Shown here: positions 8,360 to 15,883 of the stretch, one piece after another
How the letters are laid out: every line of letters begins with the position of its first letter
Numbering within the stretch: position 1 is the stretch's first letter
Origin: Candidatus Altimarinota bacterium
Lineage (GTDB): Bacteria; Patescibacteriota; Gracilibacteria; UBA1369
NCBI GenBank assembly: GCA_041659405.1
Contig: JBAZYK010000017.1
Coordinates: 1 to 15,883 of the forward strand
Reading direction: 5' to 3'
Length of the DNA stretch: 15,883 bases
Notes under the pieces: generated by a model
Told to the model about the DNA's origin: nothing
Database searches by the model: none
The model's input: the letters and a program-made list of their open reading frames with translations, nothing else
Program-made: the position numbers and the translations under genes

Positions 8360-9894
8360 GAAGATTGTTTTTTCTTTCCAATCACCACCAAAAGCGAAAA
8401 ATCTTGCGGGCCATCAAGCGAAATCACGTGATAGGGGACTAAAGAAAGGCCGTCGACTTCAAGTCCATGCTTTTTTAATGCTTCGATCAGTTTTTCGGCT
8501 GTGCCAATGGGGGACTCACTTTTTAGATCAAGCTTTGAGCTGTAATGAATGGGATTTTCGGCACCTTTTCCGTCAGTTTTCGGGTCGATGATGCCCTTGG
8601 TCGCAATAAAAAAACGCCCGTCGGCTTCCAAAAGATCAGCAATATTTGCAAAAAGCTGACTGGGATCTTCCACTCGATCAGTGGTCAAAGTTGTCCCAAC
8701 CAGGCCCGCCGTGGCTTTCTTCAAAGGAGGTTTTTGAGTTAATTCAGGACTGCAAATGTCCGCGAACACCGCAGAAATCCCACTAGCAGGATGCCGCAGG
8801 CGCTTTAATGCGGGGGAAGAGAGGTCAACGCCGATTAGGTGGGGATCGGGCATTTCATGGTCAATGGCTACATTCATTCCAGTTAATTTAAATAATTCAA
8901 CAATTCTCGCATTAAATTTATTTAAATTAACCGGATCTAATTTATTTTTTAATATCCCTAATTTTTCATATAAATCTAAAGTGAATTTTGAAATCATCCC
9001 ACCCCTCTCCCTCCTCCTTTTCTCCCTCGCCAAAGTCGTCAGCCAGTCGCCATCGCCGCAGCCCAGATCAATAATTGTCACCGGCGAGCCATCTTCATTT
9101 GTGAAAACTAGTTCAACTTGCGGTCGCCCTTTTTCGTCTACAAATCCACAAAAATCGGCAGTCAATTCCGCGGAAAATCGTCCTCCATGATACATTTCCG
9201 CTTTTCCCTGAATCGCGTAATGCAAAAAACTTTTCACATTTTCGCAGGCCCGCCAAAGCTCTTTCAGATCGCCACCATCCGAAATATCCTCCGAAATCTT
9301 TGCCAAAAAATCCACAAGTGGATTTAAAACTTCATCGATACCGGGAAAATATTTAATGGAGTTCAGAATTCGTGTCAGCTCCTGCAAATTTCCCGCATCG
9401 TTAAAACATAAATAAAAATTATCGATTTTCGCAATTTCGGTTTGTTCGTCGATTGCCGCCTTTTCCTCATCTCCAAGCGGTTCCTGGTGATATAATTTGA
9501 ATTTTTTGATGTCGTCCAAAACGGACGGAGCAGGCATGACAAATCGGAGTCCGCGGGTTTGCGCAAAGTGCATTATCGCCCAGGCCTCCTCCATAAACTC
9601 GCGTGAAAAACTGCGCTCGGAAGAAGATGCTGAATCAAAATTTAGACAATTTTTAACAGAATTTTTGAAAGTTTTGGTGCAATCAGAAACCACAGCGGTC
9701 GGTCGGTCTGCAAAATACTCAGCCGAAAAGCGCTCGCTACAGCGATAAATTGGAGCCTGATTTTCTTCAATATGACCACCATTTTGGGGATCACACGAAA
9801 ATATCATAAGCAATTTGAAGGGGGAATCATCTAAAGCTAACACGAATAAAAAACGCGAGTCAAATTTTGGACGAAAATCCGCGTGCACCTGCAA
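8356..9894 (-). CDS. Predicted class I SAM-dependent methyltransferase of unknown target; start uncertain (TTG 9894 or ATG 9807)
   Basis: 512-aa ORF with motif I VTIIDLGCGDGDWLTTLARE, later HLIGVDLSSPALKRL and LFANIADLLEADGRFFIATKG. The N-terminal ~250 aa is not recognised. Confidence 0.75.
   Translation of the reverse strand: MQVHADFRPKFDSRFLFVLALDDSPFKLLMIFSCDPQNGGHIEENQAPIYRCSERFSAEYFADRPTAVVSDCTKTFKNSVKNCLNFDSASSSERSFSREFMEEAWAIMHFAQTRGLRFVMPAPSVLDDIKKFKLYHQEPLGDEEKAAIDEQTEIAKIDNFYLCFNDAGNLQELTRILNSIKYFPGIDEVLNPLVDFLAKISEDISDGGDLKELWRACENVKSFLHYAIQGKAEMYHGGRFSAELTADFCGFVDEKGRPQVELVFTNEDGSPVTIIDLGCGDGDWLTTLAREKRRRERGGMISKFTLDLYEKLGILKNKLDPVNLNKFNARIVELFKLTGMNVAIDHEMPDPHLIGVDLSSPALKRLRHPASGISAVFADICSPELTQKPPLKKATAGLVGTTLTTDRVEDPSQLFANIADLLEADGRFFIATKGIIDPKTDGKGAENPIHYSSKLDLKSESPIGTAEKLIEALKKHGLEVDGLSLVPYHVISLDGPQDFSLLVVIGKKKQSS
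8377..8800. repeat. Direct repeat copy 2, inside the full-length methyltransferase-like gene
   Basis: See copy 1. Confidence 0.87.
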
Positions 9895-10018
9895 TCAATT
9901 TTCAAGAATAACTTTTTCATTCCGGAATTTAGTTTTACTTTGGCCTGACCGAATTTTTGTGCGGAATTTGTCAGCATGGTTGTTGGTAAATCCGGGGCAT
10001 TTTACATACCAATCGCTT

Positions 10019-10046
10019 TTGAGGTGAGCGTATACTCACCTATAAA
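10019..10046 (+). promoter_or_regulatory. Candidate promoter with inverted-repeat operator AGGTGAG-N6-CTCACCT (10022..10041)
   Basis: Seven-bp perfect inverted arms between/overlapping a -35-like TTGAGG (10019..10024) and -10-like TATAAA (10041..10046), spacer 16 bp, in the divergent intergenic region. Confidence 0.35.
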
Positions 10047-10234
10047 ATATTCGGCATTTTAGTCATCAGAATTTTAAGATTTTGCATGGATTTTCTGGCA
10101 TGTTAGAGAGAGAATTTGAATATCGGTTATTGCCGGTTTTGCTGATTGGTTTCCAGAAAAATCACGCACGAAATTTCAAAATATCTACAAAATTATCAAA
10201 AAAATCACAGGAAAAATAAAATTATTACTTAACA

Positions 10235-11788
10235 TTGCGCGATATGATTCAAACTGAAAAATTTTCAAGGGCTGCCACAGAAAAATCTTCCCAAACTGGC
10301 ACAGCAAACTTTTTAAAAATGACCGGCACGCACTTTCTCACTCCGGCCGAAATCGAAAAACTTCCAAATAAAGAACTGCATCAGATGGCGCAGCGGTTTG
10401 GCGCGCAAAGTCGAAAAGCGCAAAAAGAATTTGCCGCGTTTTTGCCTGAAATCAACAAAAGAAAATTGTTTTTAGAACATAAATTTCAGACAATTTGCCA
10501 TTATGCGGCCGTTGTTGGTGGGCTTTCAAAAAAAGCGGTTTTAAAAGTTTTGAAAGTGAGCGAAAAGTTGCAGGATAAGCCATTATTGCTGGCTTTAATT
10601 GTTGAGCAGGGCTGGAGCAAACTGAGTGTGATCAGTAATGTCGCAACAGTTGAAACTCAAGAATTTTGGAAAGAAAAGGTCGAAAGTATGAGCAAATCAA
10701 CACTTGAAACGTTTGTACAGGAGATGAAGAGGCAGGAAGCTGCAGTGCAAAAACAGCTGGATCTGCAGAAAATTGAAAGTGCGAAAGGGACGGAAGTGCG
10801 CGACGGTGTTGACGGTAGCGCATGGAGCGCGGAGCGGGAATCGGGAAGCGCGGAACGTGGAAAAGACGAGAATAATTCGAGAAATGCGACCATTGCCAGA
10901 ATCGAAAAACAATCCAGTATCGATTTCGGTAATCCAGAAATTTCGGCTTCAGGAAGAGAAGAATCGGCAATTTTGGGAAAGTCCCCCGGGGGACTTTTCA
11001 TGAATCAGGAAACAGGATTTTTGGAAAATGACGATGGGCGAGCTGAATCGCAACAACGCAATAATATGTCATTCAAAGTCACGACCGATATTGAAAAACA
11101 AATGCGACTTTTCAAATTCAAACTGGAAAAAGAACGGAAACAACCTGTGGACTGGAACGAAGTCATGCAGGAGTTTTTGAAAATCGCAGTGCAAGCGCAG
11201 GCACATGTGTGCGCACAAAAAGTTGCGGTGCAAGGTGCGAGCGAGCATGTATGCAGTAGGGAAGAGTCTATGTGCGCAGAGCAAAAAGCTTCAAGCGCTA
11301 ACACGGCTAAGCAAAGCGCAAAAGGGGCAGCGGTTCAAGATGTGAAAAATACAGTTGGGGAAATGGGAGAACGTGCATGCGCAAAAGTGGAGAGCAAGCC
11401 GAAAAAGACGCACGCAAAGCCAACCCTCACCAAAGAAGAAATCCAAAAATCTTTGCCACAAAAATCAACGCGGCCTATTCCGGCCCATGTGCAGCGATAC
11501 ATCAATCAAATTTATCGAGAGATGTGCGGATTTCCTGGCTGCAAACAACCCGCCAACATTGATCATCACACCAGAAGATTCAAACTCGTCCCAAATCACG
11601 ATCCGGAATTCATTGTTTCACTCTGCAAAAATCACGAAAGACTTGCACATTTAGGACTCATAAAAAACGAAGAATTCAATCCAAAATTTTGGGGATTAAG
11701 GCTTACAGCAGATGAAAACGAACCAAAGTTTCAGGTCGATCAGGTCGTAAACGGATTCAGGCTGGCGCCGATCTCAGGCCAAAGCTGA
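10235..11788 (+). CDS. HNH-endonuclease-type protein with a long low-complexity central region; start may be ATG 10244
   Basis: 517 aa. Helical N-terminal domain and C-terminal zinc/HNH-like motif MCGFPGCKQPANIDHHTRRFKLVPNHDPEFIVSLCKNHERLAHLG. Confidence 0.8.
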   Translation: MRDMIQTEKFSRAATEKSSQTGTANFLKMTGTHFLTPAEIEKLPNKELHQMAQRFGAQSRKAQKEFAAFLPEINKRKLFLEHKFQTICHYAAVVGGLSKKAVLKVLKVSEKLQDKPLLLALIVEQGWSKLSVISNVATVETQEFWKEKVESMSKSTLETFVQEMKRQEAAVQKQLDLQKIESAKGTEVRDGVDGSAWSAERESGSAERGKDENNSRNATIARIEKQSSIDFGNPEISASGREESAILGKSPGGLFMNQETGFLENDDGRAESQQRNNMSFKVTTDIEKQMRLFKFKLEKERKQPVDWNEVMQEFLKIAVQAQAHVCAQKVAVQGASEHVCSREESMCAEQKASSANTAKQSAKGAAVQDVKNTVGEMGERACAKVESKPKKTHAKPTLTKEEIQKSLPQKSTRPIPAHVQRYINQIYREMCGFPGCKQPANIDHHTRRFKLVPNHDPEFIVSLCKNHERLAHLGLIKNEEFNPKFWGLRLTADENEPKFQVDQVVNGFRLAPISGQS

Positions 11789-11805
11789 CGCTTTGTGGCC
11801 AGGGT

Positions 11806-11965
11806 GGGTGCACGAAAAACGAGGCTGCCTGCGCCTTGCCCGCCCGTGAACAAACAAGGGCGCACGAAAAAACGCCCCGCCCCGCGACCTGCCCCGCACC
11901 GACTGAATAAATTTGGGGCTTCGCTCACCCCCTGCCCGCCCGTACCCATTTGGGGCTTCGCTCAC
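11806..11965. repeat. GC-rich intergenic cluster of short direct repeats
   Basis: ATTTGGGGCTTCGCTCAC at 11911..11928 and 11948..11965; TGCCCGCCCGT at 11837..11847 and 11933..11943; GGG(T/C)GCACGAAAAA(A)CG near 11806 and 11858. Confidence 0.7.
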
Positions 11966-11976
11966 GCTCCCCCCTG

Positions 11977-14385
11977 TCACCCCCTGATCCTCCGATGAGA
12001 CTCAAAATATTCTGTTGTCAGATAGGCCAGAATCATCAGGACTACCGCAAAGCCCAGCACCCAATTAAACTCCAATTGAAAATAAAAAATCTCTGCCAAA
12101 AAAGTTCCAAGTGCAAAAAGATTTAACAAAAAAGTTACCGCCCAATACGCTTTTGTTTCACGGAATTCCGGAAAGCCAACTTTTGTTAGACGCTTCAGCG
12201 AATAAACCATGGAAAAGAGCATGAAAAGGCTCAAATAAATAAAGACATTCGATATCAGCGTGTGCGTGGTAAACCACCCCGTTGTGACCAGATAAAGAAT
12301 GTAAGGATGCGCGCACCAGATAGCAAAAGAAACAAAACTCAACACTATAAAACGCAGCTTTCTTCTAAAGAAAAGGCGCTCGGCGCGGATCACATCTTCC
12401 AAATGTTCTATCTGCTCACAAAATTCCGATAATTGCTGAAAATCCTTAACCATTATGGTCATTCTGCAGATCAGTTTGCCGGTCAAAAAAGAAACATAAG
12501 TTTTTGATTTTACACACTGAATTCCCAGCTCATTCATCACCTGTAGATATTTTTCCAGTTGCCCATTTCGATTTTGGCTGACGATTTTAATAGACGTAGG
12601 CTGCTTACTTTTTTCCTTTGCCATCTTCAGTTTTTTTGTCGGGATTTTCCCCGGGAACAAAGCCCGATAAGCCTCCATCGCCGTTAAAGTTCCGTCACCA
12701 ACCACTATCAAAATATCATCAAAATTACGTGCCTTAATGCTGGGATAAGCACTGGTAAATTGCTGTAACTTGCGCGCGGAAATATTTCTAACCAGACCAA
12801 TTCCCGCACGATCAAATTCTTTTTGTAAAAGCGATTGCCCGGTTTTAATTTTTGCTTCTTTGGTTTCCTGTTTTAAATATTCACGAATTCTGTGTCTGGC
12901 AATATTGGTTTTGGCAAAATTAAGCCAATCGCGATTTGGCGCTTGTGGCCTGTCTGAAGTAATAATGCGCACGGTATCACCGGTATTTAAAGCGGAAGTT
13001 AACGGGACAATTTCCCCATTCACATCAGCTTTTAAGGCCCTGTGCCCAACCTCGGTATGAATATTATAGGCAAAATCAATGCAGGTTGCTCCTTTTGGCA
13101 GATCAACCGGATCACCATGCGGCGTAAAAACAAAAATTCGATCCTGGAAAATATCCAGTTTAAGGTCTTCCATAAAGGCATTATTGGCCACCTGCTCTTT
13201 TTGCATCAGCAGGATTTTTTCCGCCCAATAGGCGCGGCGATCTTTTTCCAGATGATGTACTTTATTCTTATCTTCATCGTAAAAATAATGCGAAGCAATG
13301 CCATATTCCGCCTCAAGATGCATTTGAAAAGTGCGGATCTGAAACTCAGTCACAATTCCATTTAAACCAAAAACAGTGGTATGCAAACTTTGATAACCAT
13401 TCACTTTTGGCACAGAAATGTAATCCTTAAACTTGCTGGATTTTGGCTTAAATAAGGAATGAATCAGCCCAAGAACTTTATAGCAGTCATCGCGGTCTTC
13501 CACCATAATTCTAAGCGCGATCAAATCATCCAACTCATCCGGTCTTTTTCCCTGGGAAATAGTTTTTTTATAAATTCCATAAAGATTTTTTTGGCGGCCA
13601 TAAACAGAAGCCTTAACCCGCGCTTCATCAAGCTTCTTTTGGACCATCTGAATTGTCGATTCAATTACATGTTTATTCTTGAATCTGTTGCGCTTCATGC
13701 GGTCAGCAATACTTTCATATTCATCACGATGCAAAAAGTGAAAACAAAGATCTTCAAGTTCGGCCTTCATTTCTTCAATGCCCAAAAGATTGGCAATCGG
13801 CACAAAAATTTCCAGCGTTTCACGCGCTATACGAAGCTGTTTTTCCTCTTTGTTTACATATTGCAACGTTCTCATATTATGAAGACGATCCGCCAATTTA
13901 ATCAAAATAATTCGTGGATCTTCCGCGGAATGAATAAAAAGTTTTTTCAAAGATTCAATTTGGCGTTCCTCCATATCATTTCTAAAATGCACCTTGGATA
14001 ATTTTGTTACTCCTTCAACCAAAAACGCCACCTTTTTCCCAAACTTTGCTTCAATTTGTTCGATAGTATATTTGGTGTCTTCCGGCACATCATGCATCAA
14101 AGCCGCAATCAGGGTATCCTCATCCGCATGCATCGAAATTAAAATTTTGGTCGCCTCCACCGGATGGACAATATAAGGTTTATTTTCTTTTCTGAACTGT
14201 CCTTCATGCGCATTTGCCGCAAACGCAAAAGCTTCCCGAAATTTGCGTTCGTTAAAACTTGGAATATAGCGGTTAATATCATGTATAATCGCTTCCAGAT
14301 CTATTCCATTATCTTTGCAAAGAGTCGCAATGTAGGCTTCTTTCGGCGTCATAATAAGCTTGCGATAGTGTGTAAAGTATGGCAT
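11977..14385 (-). CDS. RelA/SpoT-family bifunctional (p)ppGpp synthetase/hydrolase with C-terminal membrane domain; likely ATG start at 14352
   Basis: HD domain (HPVEATKILISMHADEDTLIAALMHDVPEDT), synthetase motifs (DDLIALRIMVEDRDDCYKVLGLIHSLF, KDYISVPKVNGYQSLHTTVFG, EFQIRTFQMHLEAEYGIASHYFY), TGS (IFVFTPHGDPVDLPKGATCIDFAYNIHTEVGHRALKA), ACT-like segment, then about 4 hydrophobic helices. Confidence 0.95.
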   Translation of the reverse strand: MPYFTHYRKLIMTPKEAYIATLCKDNGIDLEAIIHDINRYIPSFNERKFREAFAFAANAHEGQFRKENKPYIVHPVEATKILISMHADEDTLIAALMHDVPEDTKYTIEQIEAKFGKKVAFLVEGVTKLSKVHFRNDMEERQIESLKKLFIHSAEDPRIILIKLADRLHNMRTLQYVNKEEKQLRIARETLEIFVPIANLLGIEEMKAELEDLCFHFLHRDEYESIADRMKRNRFKNKHVIESTIQMVQKKLDEARVKASVYGRQKNLYGIYKKTISQGKRPDELDDLIALRIMVEDRDDCYKVLGLIHSLFKPKSSKFKDYISVPKVNGYQSLHTTVFGLNGIVTEFQIRTFQMHLEAEYGIASHYFYDEDKNKVHHLEKDRRAYWAEKILLMQKEQVANNAFMEDLKLDIFQDRIFVFTPHGDPVDLPKGATCIDFAYNIHTEVGHRALKADVNGEIVPLTSALNTGDTVRIITSDRPQAPNRDWLNFAKTNIARHRIREYLKQETKEAKIKTGQSLLQKEFDRAGIGLVRNISARKLQQFTSAYPSIKARNFDDILIVVGDGTLTAMEAYRALFPGKIPTKKLKMAKEKSKQPTSIKIVSQNRNGQLEKYLQVMNELGIQCVKSKTYVSFLTGKLICRMTIMVKDFQQLSEFCEQIEHLEDVIRAERLFFRRKLRFIVLSFVSFAIWCAHPYILYLVTTGWFTTHTLISNVFIYLSLFMLFSMVYSLKRLTKVGFPEFRETKAYWAVTFLLNLFALGTFLAEIFYFQLEFNWVLGFAVVLMILAYLTTEYFESHRRIRG

Positions 14386-14445
14386 AAGAAATTGGTGGTG
14401 TCAAATTATTTCATTAGCAGAAAGCCACAAATTAAGAATACGTTT

Positions 14446-15747
14446 ATGAAAAAAGGAAAAGTATTAGTTGGAATGTCGGGAGGAGTGGATTCTTCTGTAA
14501 CTGCATGCCTTTTAAAAGATCAGGGATATGATGTTATTGGCATACACATGCATTTTTGGACAGATCCAACCGTTTTTAGTGCAGAGGATTCGGAGAAATT
14601 TCCGCAAAACAAATGTTGCACGCTGGAAGGGCTTTCCCGCGCGCGCAGCATGACCCATCGTTTGGGAATTCCTTTTTACGTTGTGAATTTTGAGGAGCCT
14701 TTTAAAACCCATGTTGTTGATTTTTTTGTTGATGGATATAGCAGGGGGATCACGCCAAACCCTTGTGTGGAATGCAATCGCAACATTAAGTTTGGATTAT
14801 TTTTAAAGAAGATGCAGGAACTTGGCGCCGATTATGTTGCCACAGGCCATTATGCCCGCAAGGTAACGGTTAAAAGCGGCGATAGCCGCAAAAATAATCC
14901 TGGGAGCGAGCACCACGAACTTTGGACAACCAAAGATCAAAATGCCGAAAACGGCGGCGAAAAATACGAACTTTGGACAGCCAAGGATCAAAAAAAAGAT
15001 CAGAGTTATTTTTTGTATGTTTTGACTCAGGAAAAACTGAAGCATATTCTTTTTCCGCTGGGTGACTACACCAAGCCGGAAGTACGTGAGCTAGCCAAAA
15101 AATATGGAATTGAAGAAATTAATAAACAAAAAGAAAGTCAGAATCTTTGTTTTTTTCCGGAACGTCAGCATGGCGATTTTTTAAAGCGCTATCTGCAAAA
15201 ACAGCAATTTGAATCGGGGCCGATTGTCACAACAGCAGGCCAAAAAATTGGCACGCATCAGGGCTTGCCGCTTTATACCATTGGTCAAAGAAAAGGCCTT
15301 GGAATTGGCGGAGTTAAAGGTTTCGAAGATCAGGATGGCTGGTACGTGGTGAAAATTGATAAAGAAAATAATGCTTTAGTTGTTGGAAAACGTGAGGAAC
15401 TTTTTCAAAATAAATTCCAGGCGGAAAATTTAACCTTTATTGCGGGAGTCCCTCCGGTTGCTAACGGGCCAATTATTGTCGGCGCCAAGCCAATTGCCGC
15501 AGGGGCAAATTCAACAGAATCAGTAGCAAATCCAGCAGAAGTCACAGGAATTACCGCGCGCATTCGCTATCACGCGGAACTTAGCCCTGCCAAAGTAACC
15601 TTCATTCCAGACAAAAAAAATCCACAAAATTTGATTGCACAGGTTGAACTGGAACGACCACAAGCCGCCATCACCCCGGGCCAGTCCGTTGTTTTTTATG
15701 AAGGTGAAAAAGTTCTGGGCGGAGGAATCATCACCAGCCAATCTTAA
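14446..15747 (+). CDS. mnmA: tRNA-specific 2-thiouridylase MnmA
   Basis: ATG at 14446 gives MKKGKVLVGMSGGVDSSVTACLLKDQGYDVIGIHMHFW; further motifs NPCVECNRNIKF, ADYVATGHYAR, KDQSYFLYVL, GLPLYTIGQRKGLGIGG. Confidence 0.96.
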   Translation: MKKGKVLVGMSGGVDSSVTACLLKDQGYDVIGIHMHFWTDPTVFSAEDSEKFPQNKCCTLEGLSRARSMTHRLGIPFYVVNFEEPFKTHVVDFFVDGYSRGITPNPCVECNRNIKFGLFLKKMQELGADYVATGHYARKVTVKSGDSRKNNPGSEHHELWTTKDQNAENGGEKYELWTAKDQKKDQSYFLYVLTQEKLKHILFPLGDYTKPEVRELAKKYGIEEINKQKESQNLCFFPERQHGDFLKRYLQKQQFESGPIVTTAGQKIGTHQGLPLYTIGQRKGLGIGGVKGFEDQDGWYVVKIDKENNALVVGKREELFQNKFQAENLTFIAGVPPVANGPIIVGAKPIAAGANSTESVANPAEVTGITARIRYHAELSPAKVTFIPDKKNPQNLIAQVELERPQAAITPGQSVVFYEGEKVLGGGIITSQS

Positions 15748-15759
15748 GGCCATGATCAG

Positions 15760-15883
15760 CACCCCTTTCCAAGATTTCAAGGAACAAAAGCCGAAATAAT
15801 GGCTTAGGAGTCTGCAAAAATAACTTTTAAGTCAAGTGGTGGTTCAGCGGTCATTTCATAGAGCTTTTTGAGGCCTCCAAGCA
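15760..15883 (-). repeat. Right copy of the 124-bp terminal inverted repeat
   Basis: Exact reverse complement of 3..126. Confidence 0.93.
15804..15883 (-). mobile_element. Second copy of the 26-aa C-terminal mobile-element-like ORF fragment, running off the right edge
   Basis: Minus-strand translation reproduces ...LGGLKKLYEMTAEPPLDLKVIFADS*. Confidence 0.45.

Noticed and set aside
8343-9748. Plus-strand ORFs 8343..8591, 8545..8742, 8756..9190 and 9497..9748
   Set aside because: Antisense to the methyltransferase-like gene, whose motifs and duplicated fragment support the minus frame.
10632-11304. Minus-strand ORFs 10632..10970, 10657..11001 and 11005..11304, and plus-strand ORF 11355..11654
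   Set aside because: They overlap the low-complexity part of the HNH-type gene in other frames; the long open stretch reflects composition, not coding evidence.
11786-11979. Possible recoding of TGA, considered because the HNH-type and RelA/SpoT genes end in TGA
   Set aside because: Reading through either TGA gives no plausible protein, and other genes end in TAA/TAG at expected places; the standard bacterial code fits.
11740-11998. Small ORFs across the GC-rich spacer (11740..11949 -, 11774..11980 -, 11795..11998 +)
   Set aside because: Gly/Arg/Pro-rich translations of a repeat-rich GC stretch, with no conserved motif or clear start context.
12770-14445. Plus-strand ORFs inside the RelA/SpoT gene, including the 94-codon N-terminal extension (14164..14445) of the mnmA frame
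   Set aside because: Antisense of a well-supported gene. MnmA begins naturally at ATG 14446 with MKKGKVLVGMSGGVDSS.
1-15883. CRISPR array, tRNA or rRNA gene
   Set aside because: No regularly spaced direct repeats with unique spacers and no cloverleaf or rRNA-like sequence were recognised by eye; short or divergent structures could be missed.

Overview
The window is a 15.9 kb bacterial segment, apparently a whole contig because both ends lie in the same sequence. The ends carry a 124-bp perfect inverted repeat (3..126 / 15760..15883), each encoding the same 26-aa C-terminal protein fragment. This looks like two inward-facing copies of a mobile element. Left to right: a 5'-truncated type I RM specificity gene (hsdS) with a 12-bp x3 tandem repeat in its central linker; hsdR; a DUF2130-like coiled-coil protein with a possible PD-(D/E)XK-like patch; a 5'(3')-deoxyribonucleotidase-like HAD protein; a DUF1643-like protein; a frameshifted ~415-bp duplicate of the 3' end of a methyltransferase gene; two small membrane protein genes; the intact methyltransferase-like gene (512 aa, minus); a divergent HNH-type protein; a GC-rich repeat-laden spacer; a bifunctional-type RelA/SpoT homologue with an unusual C-terminal four-helix membrane domain; and mnmA. 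The most interesting items are the EcoR124-like linker repeat in hsdS, the membrane-tailed RelA/SpoT protein, the duplication flanking the membrane genes, and the terminal repeats that truncate hsdS. TGA, TAA and TAG all behave as stops. No rRNA, tRNA or CRISPR array was recognised by eye. Family names are from motif recognition, with no database search.
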